Positions 56,416 through 64,000 of a DNA stretch of 64,000 bases are shown piece by piece. The position numbers were made by a program, and so were the translations under genes. This DNA is from Treponemataceae bacterium. GTDB taxonomy: Bacteria; Spirochaetota; Spirochaetia; Treponematales; Rectinemataceae. Location of the stretch: contig CAXXHO010000005.1 in assembly GCA_963667725.2 (NCBI GenBank), positions 800,001 through 864,000 of the forward strand, given 5' to 3'. The notes under the pieces are model-generated. The model did no database searches. It saw nothing but the letters and a program-made list of their open reading frames with translations, and had not been told where the DNA came from. Every line of letters starts with the position of its first letter. Position 1 is the first letter of the stretch.

Positions 56416-58506
56416 TCAACGCTTCTTTCCCGCCTGCTTTCCGGATTTTACGTCACCCGACGAAGCCCCGGGTTTCTGGTCCTTGGCCGCTCTGCCCGCA
56501 TCGACGGCACTGCTCGCCTCGGCTCCTTTCTTCTCGAGCCAGTTCTTCACCTTTTCGCTGAATCCTTCGGCGGAAACCGGGGCGCCGCCGCGAACGGTTG
56601 TCTTTCCGGCGCTCTTCATGGCGACGGATCCGCCCTGAACGGGCTTGCCCGCGGGAGCCTTGGCCACCGCAAGCTTATGATTCTTCAGCATGTTGTTGAT
56701 GACCATCTGCTGGAGAATCGTTAACACGTTGCTTACGATCCAGTAGAGCAGAAGGCCGGACGGAACGTCGTAGAGGACGAAAAAGAACATTATTGGCATT
56801 CCGTACATCATAAGTTTCATCTGGCTGGCGCTTTGGCCGGGGCTTTGGTTGCTCTGAGTGAACTTGCCATACAAAAGCTGGCTTGCCAGATAAATGATGG
56901 GCAATGCCCGTAAATCGCTCCAGCCGACGAGCGGAAGCTTGAAAGTGCCGAAATTCCAGATGGATTCGGGAAGGGAAAGGTCGCCGATCCAGCCCGCGAT
57001 GAAGCTCGCGCCCCTGAGGTCGAAGTGATTGTTGAACAGGTTGTACATGGCGATGAAAAGCGGGAACTGTATCAGCATGGGGAGGCAGCCGGACATCGGA
57101 TTGTAATTCTCCGCCTTGTAGAACCCGGCCATTTCCTGGTTCAGCTTCTGGGGATTGGACTTGTACTTGGCCTGCAGCTCCTGGATCTTGGGCTGGAGTT
57201 CCTGCATCCTGGCGGTGGAAATGGAACTCTTCTTCGTGAGCGGGAAGAAGAGAGCCTTTATGATGATAGTCACTATGATTATGGCCACGCCATAATTCGG
57301 GATGAGCTTATAGGAAATATTCAGGAGAAACTTGAGGATGGTCTCGAGCCAGCCCAGGAGGTTCGAACGCTCCGTCGCGTCTTCCAGGCGCATTCCCTGC
57401 AGCCCAAAGGCATTCTTGTCGGAATACTCGTACTTGGCAAGCTCGCCTGCTGTTCTCGGCCCGAAGTAGAAATAGTACTTGTCGGTCTGGCTGGACGAAT
57501 TGATGACAGGCCTGGAGAGATACATCGAATTCGTTTGCTTGATCGTCTGGTCCTGGGATTGCAGGTAGCTGAAGGTGGCGAAAGGCGCTTCGGGTATGGC
57601 GATGAAGGCGAAGTATTTGCCGGCGAGGGAGCCCCAGGTCGGCTGCTCTTTGATGACCTGGAAATTGCCGGCTTTCGCCGTCTCGAGCTTCTTCTTGCCG
57701 TTGACCTCGAGGATGTACTTCCTGTAGTCGGCGTTTTTCGGAAGATGATCGAAGCGGGGGCCGATCTGCGGTCCGATGGAAAGCGTATAGGCGGTGCCGT
57801 TGGTGTTCAGGGGAATCTGCGCGCCGTTGGCGCCCTCGAGGGTAACCGCCATGGCGAAGAGATACTCGCCGTCGCGGAAGGTGAAAGCTTTCCTATAAGT
57901 AAAGGGAATCAGCTCGCCCGTTCCGTCTGCCTTCGCGTAGAAGGTTCTGGAGAACTGAATCGTCTTCCTCTCGCCGTCAAGCCAGCTGACGTTCATCAAC
58001 TCCTTGACCGGATAGGCGTCCTGGGCCCCGAAAGCCAGCGAAATGCCGTTCGAGCCTTTTTCGCCTGGCACGATCAGATCCACGTAGCCGTCTTTGTCTT
58101 TGTGGTCTTTAAGCTTGAGGGAAACGATGTCGCCGCCGGCGTTGCTTAAAACCGCTTTGAGAAGATCGGTTTCGATCGTATAGGTGGATTCGGCCTGGGG
58201 TACGGGAATCGCGGCCAGGCTCGCGTCAGCGCCCGCTGAAAGGGCCGGCGCTTCCGCCGCCACGACAGGCGCGGACTGCGTCGTCACCACGGTGGCCGCC
58301 GGCGTGATCCCCTGCCCGCCCCGTGTCGTCACGACTTGCTGGCTCGTGGTTTGCTGAGTCTGGGCCTGCTGGGGGGCGGGCGGGAAAATGGCATTCTGGA
58401 CAATAAAGCCAACGCCTACGATCAGGGTCGACAGCACAACCGCTATGATGGTGCGCCTGCTCTCTTCTTTGGTCTGGGATCCGTCGTTCAGGTTGAATAT
58501 GCTCAT
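56416..58506 (-). CDS. yidC: Membrane protein insertase YidC
   Basis: [37 protein letters not shown]. Confidence 0.95.
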   Translation of the reverse strand: MSIFNLNDGSQTKEESRRTIIAVVLSTLIVGVGFIVQNAIFPPAPQQAQTQQTTSQQVVTTRGGQGITPAATVVTTQSAPVVAAEAPALSAGADASLAAIPVPQAESTYTIETDLLKAVLSNAGGDIVSLKLKDHKDKDGYVDLIVPGEKGSNGISLAFGAQDAYPVKELMNVSWLDGERKTIQFSRTFYAKADGTGELIPFTYRKAFTFRDGEYLFAMAVTLEGANGAQIPLNTNGTAYTLSIGPQIGPRFDHLPKNADYRKYILEVNGKKKLETAKAGNFQVIKEQPTWGSLAGKYFAFIAIPEAPFATFSYLQSQDQTIKQTNSMYLSRPVINSSSQTDKYYFYFGPRTAGELAKYEYSDKNAFGLQGMRLEDATERSNLLGWLETILKFLLNISYKLIPNYGVAIIIVTIIIKALFFPLTKKSSISTARMQELQPKIQELQAKYKSNPQKLNQEMAGFYKAENYNPMSGCLPMLIQFPLFIAMYNLFNNHFDLRGASFIAGWIGDLSLPESIWNFGTFKLPLVGWSDLRALPIIYLASQLLYGKFTQSNQSPGQSASQMKLMMYGMPIMFFFVLYDVPSGLLLYWIVSNVLTILQQMVINNMLKNHKLAVAKAPAGKPVQGGSVAMKSAGKTTVRGGAPVSAEGFSEKVKNWLEKKGAEASSAVDAGRAAKDQKPGASSGDVKSGKQAGKKR

Positions 58507-58733
58507 GGTATTGGGTCAAAACCTCCCGGGTTTCTGGGATGACATCGTAAAATCCTCTTGACGGCAAGGTATCCGCCCTTGAAAGGTCCATACTTGGCGA
58601 TTGCCTGGTAAGAATAGGCGGAACAGGTGGGATAAAACCTGCAGGACGGGGGAAAGAGAGGGGAAATGAGAATCTGGTAGAGCTTGATGAGGACGAGGAA
58701 CGGAAATGAAAGTATCTTTCTCAGCACATTCAT
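58503..58733 (-). CDS. yidD: Membrane protein insertion efficiency factor
   Basis: [22 protein letters not shown]. Confidence 0.95.
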   Translation of the reverse strand: MNVLRKILSFPFLVLIKLYQILISPLFPPSCRFYPTCSAYSYQAIAKYGPFKGGYLAVKRILRCHPRNPGGFDPIP

Positions 58734-59098
58734 CGCACTAACCCCGCCTTACGAAGAAGCAGGAGCATCAGGCCGGAACACTCCGCGAAACTGTCGTATT
58801 CTGGGTACAGCACGAAGGCCACATCGCTGCCGGGGGCAATTCTCTGCTTGTTGATACGCCACACTTCACGGGCAATCCGTTTTGCCCTGTTGCGTTGTAC
58901 CGCCCCTTCAAACGAACGTACGGCGACAAAAACCGCCCGGCTCCTGCCAAGGGAATTTCGCGCGACGCGAAGAACCATCCCTTTGCAGGAATACCGGGCG
59001 CCTGTGCGGAAAATCCGGTCAATTTCCGATTTGGTCCGAACTTTCTCGGACTTCGGAAAATCCTGTCTCGTTTTTTCCATATCCCCATCCGGGGACAT
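58730..59098 (-). CDS. rnpA: Ribonuclease P protein component (start may be the second ATG)
   Basis: [12 protein letters not shown] motif; position between rpmH and yidD. Confidence 0.9.
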   Translation of the reverse strand: MSPDGDMEKTRQDFPKSEKVRTKSEIDRIFRTGARYSCKGMVLRVARNSLGRSRAVFVAVRSFEGAVQRNRAKRIAREVWRINKQRIAPGSDVAFVLYPEYDSFAECSGLMLLLLRKAGLVR

Positions 59099-59102
59099 TC
59101 CG

Positions 59103-59258
59103 TCAATACTTCTTGTTCTCGTCGGCGACGCTGAGCTTGATCCGTCCCTTCGCTCTTCTTCTCTTGAGAACGAGGCGACCGCCCTTCGTGCTCATGCGGG
59201 CGCGAAAGCCGAATTTCCTGTTTCTCTTGGTTCTGCTGGGTTGATAGGTGCGCTTCAT
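59103..59258 (-). CDS. rpmH: 50S ribosomal protein L34 (51 aa, not in the ORF track)
   Basis: [60 protein letters not shown]. Confidence 0.97.
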   Translation of the reverse strand: MKRTYQPSRTKRNRKFGFRARMSTKGGRLVLKRRRAKGRIKLSVADENKKY

Positions 59259-59358
59259 GGCAACTTGCTCCTTATCCTATAGGCGACAGCGCGCGAACGC
59301 CGGTCGATTTCTGTTTCAGCCCCTTCGGGTCTTCGGGCACACGTGAGGCAGGTTCGTG

Positions 59359-59388
59359 AGTATAAAACGATGGGCCAGGCTTCGTCAA
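59359..59388 (-). promoter_or_regulatory. Sigma70 promoter for rpmH
   Basis: TTGACG-18 nt-TATACT on the minus strand. Confidence 0.55.
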
Positions 59389-59446
59389 TCGGCCATGCTG
59401 CGGCGTTCCACTCCTCGCGCGACGCGCAAAAGGCGCGGCTATAGCC

Positions 59447-59950
59447 CTATTTGTTGATGTTTTTCCTTATTCGGGCAAACATGGCCACCATATCTTGTGG
59501 AAGCTTTGTCTCATGGCCGGCTTTTTCGTCCATGGCTTTTTCGGCTTCCTTTTCTACTTCCTTTTCGGCCGTCGATTCAGGGGCTGATTCGGGAGGACGG
59601 AGGCCTGAAACCCGCCCGGGCATCGAGGCCGAAACGCTCGCCGACACCCCGCTCTCGCCAAGCCTGAAAGCGATGCCGCGAATCTTCAGGTCGGGAAAGC
59701 GCCGCTGTATTTCCTCGAGAATCCTGTCCTGCTGGAGCTGGAGCAGCTGCATCCAGCCCTGATGCTCGGTCTCCACGATCAGAATGCCGTGCCTGATGTC
59801 GGCCGGCTTGGAATGCTCGCCCAGCCTGGAGCCTGCTATGAGCTTCCAGGAATTTCCGAAACCAGAATACAGCTCTCCCTTTTTGACCATATCCTGGTCG
59901 AAGAACGAAGAGAGAAGTTCAGAGACTGTCTTGATTCTGGAATCGGCCAT
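59447..59950 (-). CDS. DUF721/DciA-family protein
   Basis: WKLIAG...HS.P.....GILIV....GWMQLL pattern; lies after recF. Confidence 0.8.
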   Translation of the reverse strand: MADSRIKTVSELLSSFFDQDMVKKGELYSGFGNSWKLIAGSRLGEHSKPADIRHGILIVETEHQGWMQLLQLQQDRILEEIQRRFPDLKIRGIAFRLGESGVSASVSASMPGRVSGLRPPESAPESTAEKEVEKEAEKAMDEKAGHETKLPQDMVAMFARIRKNINK

Positions 59951-61028
59951 GGCTCACCTTATACACGATCGTATCCCCGTTCCCATACTCCGTCCACGGT
60001 TCCTCGGGCAGAAAGGTGAAGAAAGCCTGAGCGCCTTGTCCCGGACCAGGCAGAAGATCCAGGAATCTCCGGCGCCTCCCCACGTCCAGCTCCAGGAGCA
60101 CGTCGTCCAGGAGAAGAACCGGCCACCGGGAAGTCTGGCCGGCGTAGGCACGCGCCTCTATGACGCGCAATATGAGGGAAACAAGCCGCAGCTGGCCGGT
60201 GGAAGCCCTGTCCGTGAACACTTCTCCCTCGCAGGAGAAGTTCCAGCGGTCCCTGTGAGGTCCCGTCCTCGTCGTGCCGAAGAGCACCTCGCTCTCCCTC
60301 CTCGCCGCCAGGAGTTCGAGGGCAGAATCCATGGAGGAATCCTGGGGCCAATTCGACGCGTAGGTCAGGTCTACCTTCCGGCCGAGCAGCGCCACCGATT
60401 CATAGAGACCGGGAAACTCCTCCTGGAAACGAAGGTGCAGGGCTCGCCTCGCCTTCATGAGCTCCAGACCGTAGGAAACGAAGAGGGGATCCATGGCCTC
60501 GAGCAGGTCGTAGGCGCTTTCCTTCAGGGCGGCGTTCCTCTGCTTGAGAATCCTCTTGTAGGATCGCAGTACGTCGATGTAGGAAAGCGAAAGCATGCCG
60601 GCGCACTGGTCGAAAAAAAAGCGCCTCCTTTCGGGATCGCCGGCGGCGAAGGTAAAGTCCTCATGGCAGAAAACCACGGAGGGATTGTGGAATACGAGTT
60701 CCTTTCTGTCCCTGAGCGGTTTGCCGTTCAGCCTGATGTCCTTTACGGAACCCTCCACGCGGACGGAAATCTCCTCATCCAGTACCGAATCCCCGCCTGA
60801 AGCCGACCAGAGCCCCGTCAGGCCGAAGCCGGAAGCGCCGGCGGCGGGGATTTGCGCGTCCACGAGACCGCGAAAAGACGCGCCATAGCAGAGAAAATAC
60901 AGCGCCTCCAGGAAATTAGTCTTTCCCTGACCGTTTTCCCCTATGAGGAATATTTTTTCGGCGTCAACGTCGATTTCCCCGTCTTCAAGATTGCGAAACG
61001 AAACGAAGCGGGCGCGCTTGAAAGGCAT
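59919..61028 (-). CDS. recF: DNA replication and repair protein RecF
   Basis: FRNL, GENGQGKTN, GPHRD, STGQ, LLLDDVLLELD. Confidence 0.95.
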   Translation of the reverse strand: MPFKRARFVSFRNLEDGEIDVDAEKIFLIGENGQGKTNFLEALYFLCYGASFRGLVDAQIPAAGASGFGLTGLWSASGGDSVLDEEISVRVEGSVKDIRLNGKPLRDRKELVFHNPSVVFCHEDFTFAAGDPERRRFFFDQCAGMLSLSYIDVLRSYKRILKQRNAALKESAYDLLEAMDPLFVSYGLELMKARRALHLRFQEEFPGLYESVALLGRKVDLTYASNWPQDSSMDSALELLAARRESEVLFGTTRTGPHRDRWNFSCEGEVFTDRASTGQLRLVSLILRVIEARAYAGQTSRWPVLLLDDVLLELDVGRRRRFLDLLPGPGQGAQAFFTFLPEEPWTEYGNGDTIVYKVSHGRFQNQDSL

Positions 61029-62134
61029 CAGTCAATCTGCATCGGCATGACTATATGGAAATAGTCCCCTCTCGGTTCGGGCCTGAGCGTTATGGCGCGC
61101 GAGGGATCGCTGAATTCCACGACGAAATTCTCGGAATCGAGGACGCGCAGCGGCTCCTCGACGTACCTGTAGTTCAACGCGATAGTCGTATCCTCGCCCT
61201 CGTACTCGCAGGGAATTTCCTCGCGCGCGGCGCCTATCTCGCTTTCCTCGGAAGAAAGGATGAGCCCGTCTCCCGACAATGAGAAGAAGGTTCTGTTGGA
61301 TTTCTGCTCAACGAAAATAGAGACGCGCTTGAGGGCCTCCATCAGGTCGGCCTTCTTCACGGAGAAAGAGAATTTCTGGCTCTGCGGTATGACCTTCTGG
61401 TAGTTGGGGAACTGTCCCTCTATGAGAACGCTCGAAATCTGGTAGCTGTTGAAGCGGAAGAAAATGCTCTTGTCGGTGATGGCCATGGAAATCATGCCTT
61501 CGTCGGAAAGTCTCTTGTTTATGATGCCGAGAACCTTCGTCGGGATGATGACGGGCCTGAAATCGGGAATATTGGCCTCAAACTCGTTCTTGACGAAGGC
61601 AAGGCGGCGTCCGTCCGTGGAAACCATGACGATCGCGCCCTCGGGAGTCTTTTCCATGAACACGCCATTCATGAAATAACGGGTTTCGTCGGTGGAGACC
61701 GAAAAAATAGTCTGTGTGATCATCCGCTTGAACTCGCGGGCGGGGATATCGAAGAAAAGCTCTGGTTCAGCCCTCGGCAGTTCGGGGAATTTTTCGCCCG
61801 AGAGCGTTTTCAGCTGGAAACGGACCTTTCTCGCCACCGGCTTGAGCACGACCCTTCCCTCATCCTGTTCGACGCTGAGATCTCCGTCGGGAAGCGAGGA
61901 AAGAATTCCGGTGAGCTTGTCGCAAAATACCGTAAGGGAACCCGGAATCACATCGCCCACCGGTATGGACGTCTCGAAACTTACTTTTACGTCGGTGGCC
62001 CTGATCAGAAGTTTTGAATCGGAAGCTTCAAGAAACACGTTGGACATTATGGACAAAGCGTTTTTCGATGCTATCACTTCCTGGGCAAAGGCAATTTCAC
62101 GAAAAAGGCTGGTCTTATCGCAGGTAAATTTCAT
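61028..62134 (-). CDS. dnaN: DNA polymerase III beta clamp
   Basis: DETRYFMNG, STDGRRL, LIEGQFPNY, VMPM. Confidence 0.97.
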   Translation of the reverse strand: MKFTCDKTSLFREIAFAQEVIASKNALSIMSNVFLEASDSKLLIRATDVKVSFETSIPVGDVIPGSLTVFCDKLTGILSSLPDGDLSVEQDEGRVVLKPVARKVRFQLKTLSGEKFPELPRAEPELFFDIPAREFKRMITQTIFSVSTDETRYFMNGVFMEKTPEGAIVMVSTDGRRLAFVKNEFEANIPDFRPVIIPTKVLGIINKRLSDEGMISMAITDKSIFFRFNSYQISSVLIEGQFPNYQKVIPQSQKFSFSVKKADLMEALKRVSIFVEQKSNRTFFSLSGDGLILSSEESEIGAAREEIPCEYEGEDTTIALNYRYVEEPLRVLDSENFVVEFSDPSRAITLRPEPRGDYFHIVMPMQID

Positions 62135-62433
62135 CGCATCCCCCTGAGATGATATATATGTTTTATTCTACCAGAACTTCGTTCATTTTGAAACAGTCGC
62201 TCTTCTCTTTTTTCTTTTCCCTCTCTCTATTGATTCTTTATATAGCTTTATAAAAGAGTAATAATAGTAATAAGGAACCAAGATATGTGGATAACCCATT
62301 TAATTGCATAGAGGCAATAAAAATATGTGCTGTGCAAAACCTGTTGACAGAGCCTTGTCTTTATCCACAATATCCACCGCTTCCCCGATTGTCCACAACC
62401 CTTAGGCTGTTGTGCACCGTTTATAAAGGGCTT
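62135..62433. other. Chromosomal replication origin (oriC) between dnaA and dnaN
   Basis: DnaA boxes TGTGGATAA 62286-62294, TTATCCACA 62361-62369 and TTGTCCACA 62389-62397; DnaA-trio-like run TAATAATAGTAATAA 62259-62273; AT-rich tract. Confidence 0.88.
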
Positions 62434-63951
62434 TTACTTGGACTCGCTTTCCCTGGCTTCCCTCAGAAGTTTTTGGATGGAGGCGTCGAAAGAAGGGTCG
62501 AATTTCACCATCTGCTCGATCTTCTGGCATGAGTGCATCACCGTCGTATGGTCTCTGCCGCCGAACTCCACCCCGATCTCCGTCGTGGAGTACTCAGTTA
62601 CTTCCCTGATGACGAACATGGCCACCTGGCGGGCGAGGGCGATGTTCTTGCTGCGCTTCTTGCCTTTCAGGTCGGAAAGCGAAAGTTTGAAGAAATCCGC
62701 CACCATTCTTATGATGGAATCTACGGTTATGGCGGAATGCCGGTTGGTGTTGAACATTTCCTTGAGGAGATTCCTGGCGATGTCGACGGTGAGGTCCTTA
62801 TGGACGAGGTCGGCATAGGCCGTCAGCTTCACTAGGCAGCCTTCGAGATCGCGCACGTTCGAAGAGACATTGTTGGCGATGAGATCTATGACCTCGTCGG
62901 CCACGTTGACGCTTTTTCCCGATTGGATGAGCTTCTGCTTGAGAATGGCTACCCTCGTTTCGTACATGGGCGGCTGCACGTCGACGATCAGTCCCTTGTC
63001 GAAGCGGCTTTTCAGCCGGTCCGAAAAGTCCTTCAGTTCCTTTACGTGACGATCCAGGGTGAAAACCATCTGCCGCTCGGAATCGTAGAGGGCGTTGAAG
63101 GTATGGAAGAGTTCCTCCTGGACGCCGGGCTTGTTCTGGAAAAAATGTATGTCGTCGATGAGGAGGACGTCGGCGTTGCGGTACTTGTTCTTGAACTCAT
63201 GGGTGGAACGGTCGTGTATCATCTGGATGAATTCGTTGGTGAATTCCTCGGCGGTTATGCAGATGACCCTCTTTTCAGGGACGTTCCTGAAAACATAATT
63301 GCCGATGGCATGCATGAGGTGGGTCTTGCCCAAACCGACGCCGCCGTAGATGAGGAGGGGATTGTAGACCCTGGCGGGGCTCTTGGCCACGGCTTCCGAG
63401 GCGTTGAAGGTAAAGCGGTTGTTGTCGCCCACGATAAAATTCTCGAACTTGTAGTCCTGCCGCAGTGAGGGGTGATTTCTGGGCCTGTTGTCGACCGCGA
63501 TACCCTGTTCCTTCTGCTGTTTTCGGCCGGGAACATCGTAATAAAGGGTCGTCTTGGGCGCCGCTGACCCTTCCGCCTCCGAAGGCGCTGGTTTTTCGGC
63601 GGGGGATGCGAGGATTTTCGCGGCCTCCGTCGCGGCCGAGGCCGTTGACGCTGCCGTTGTCGTTGCCTCTGCCGTGATGGGGCGCGTCTTCGATTCCATC
63701 GCTTTTTCGGCGCTTACCTCCAGCCTCAGATCCAGGGCGGTAAGCTCCCTGATAATATTCTGCATGAAGGAATGGTATTTTCTATTGAACTGGTCGCGGA
63801 GGAAGGAGTTGGGGGCGTTGACTGCCAGGGTTCCTTCGGCGAGCGCTTTATAGGAGAGCCGGAACCACATAAGGTACTCTTGTTCCGGTATGTCTTTGCG
63901 CGCGATTTCCAGCGCCTCGCTCCATATAGCGGAGCCATCGAAGTCTGCCAT
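62434..63951 (-). CDS. dnaA: Chromosomal replication initiator DnaA
   Basis: YNPLLIYGGVGLGKTHL, LLIDDIHF, NVRDLEG, FGGRDHTTV. Confidence 0.98.
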   Translation of the reverse strand: MADFDGSAIWSEALEIARKDIPEQEYLMWFRLSYKALAEGTLAVNAPNSFLRDQFNRKYHSFMQNIIRELTALDLRLEVSAEKAMESKTRPITAEATTTAASTASAATEAAKILASPAEKPAPSEAEGSAAPKTTLYYDVPGRKQQKEQGIAVDNRPRNHPSLRQDYKFENFIVGDNNRFTFNASEAVAKSPARVYNPLLIYGGVGLGKTHLMHAIGNYVFRNVPEKRVICITAEEFTNEFIQMIHDRSTHEFKNKYRNADVLLIDDIHFFQNKPGVQEELFHTFNALYDSERQMVFTLDRHVKELKDFSDRLKSRFDKGLIVDVQPPMYETRVAILKQKLIQSGKSVNVADEVIDLIANNVSSNVRDLEGCLVKLTAYADLVHKDLTVDIARNLLKEMFNTNRHSAITVDSIIRMVADFFKLSLSDLKGKKRSKNIALARQVAMFVIREVTEYSTTEIGVEFGGRDHTTVMHSCQKIEQMVKFDPSFDASIQKLLREARESESK

Positions 63952-64000
63952 TCATTCCTCTGTGATTATTTTTTATTAAACAGGGTATCCACAAGTTTTC

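Noticed and set aside
57025..58149. 374-aa plus-strand ORF
   Set aside because: Antisense shadow of yidC

Overview
64-kb chromosomal segment of a GC-rich, probably anaerobic bacterium, most likely a free-living spirochaete (inferred from gene order and protein features, not from a database search). The right end holds the replication origin cluster: dnaA-oriC-dnaN-recF-DUF721/DciA-rpmH-rnpA-yidD-yidC-jag, all on the minus strand. Next to it are a complete rnfCDGEAB operon, an NlpC/P60 fusion protein, metK and tldD/pmbA. The rest contains an Mgl-type sugar ABC operon, tex, a macrodomain gene, a CHASE3-PAS kinase/receiver/HD-GYP signalling cassette, tRNA-Gly(CCC) with a duplicated 3' half (att-like), an AT-richer GH31 sugar-utilisation island, a C69 peptidase/DUF6305-like/DctM-like/M14-deacylase cluster, alkaline phosphatase, and a cluster of intact and decaying DUF3494 (ice-binding-like) lipoprotein genes beside a Crp/Fnr regulator. 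The strongest unannotated signal is a 16-bp operator, TGTGCG-N4-CGCACA, present seven times in two loci about 25 kb apart. In five cases it lies exactly 21 bp upstream of a -10-like hexamer (class II Crp geometry). This outlines a putative Crp-family regulon linking ice-binding-like surface lipoproteins, a possibly flavinylated lipoprotein, two sensor kinases and a predicted cyclic-di-GMP phosphodiesterase. No CRISPR array, integrase or transposase was seen.
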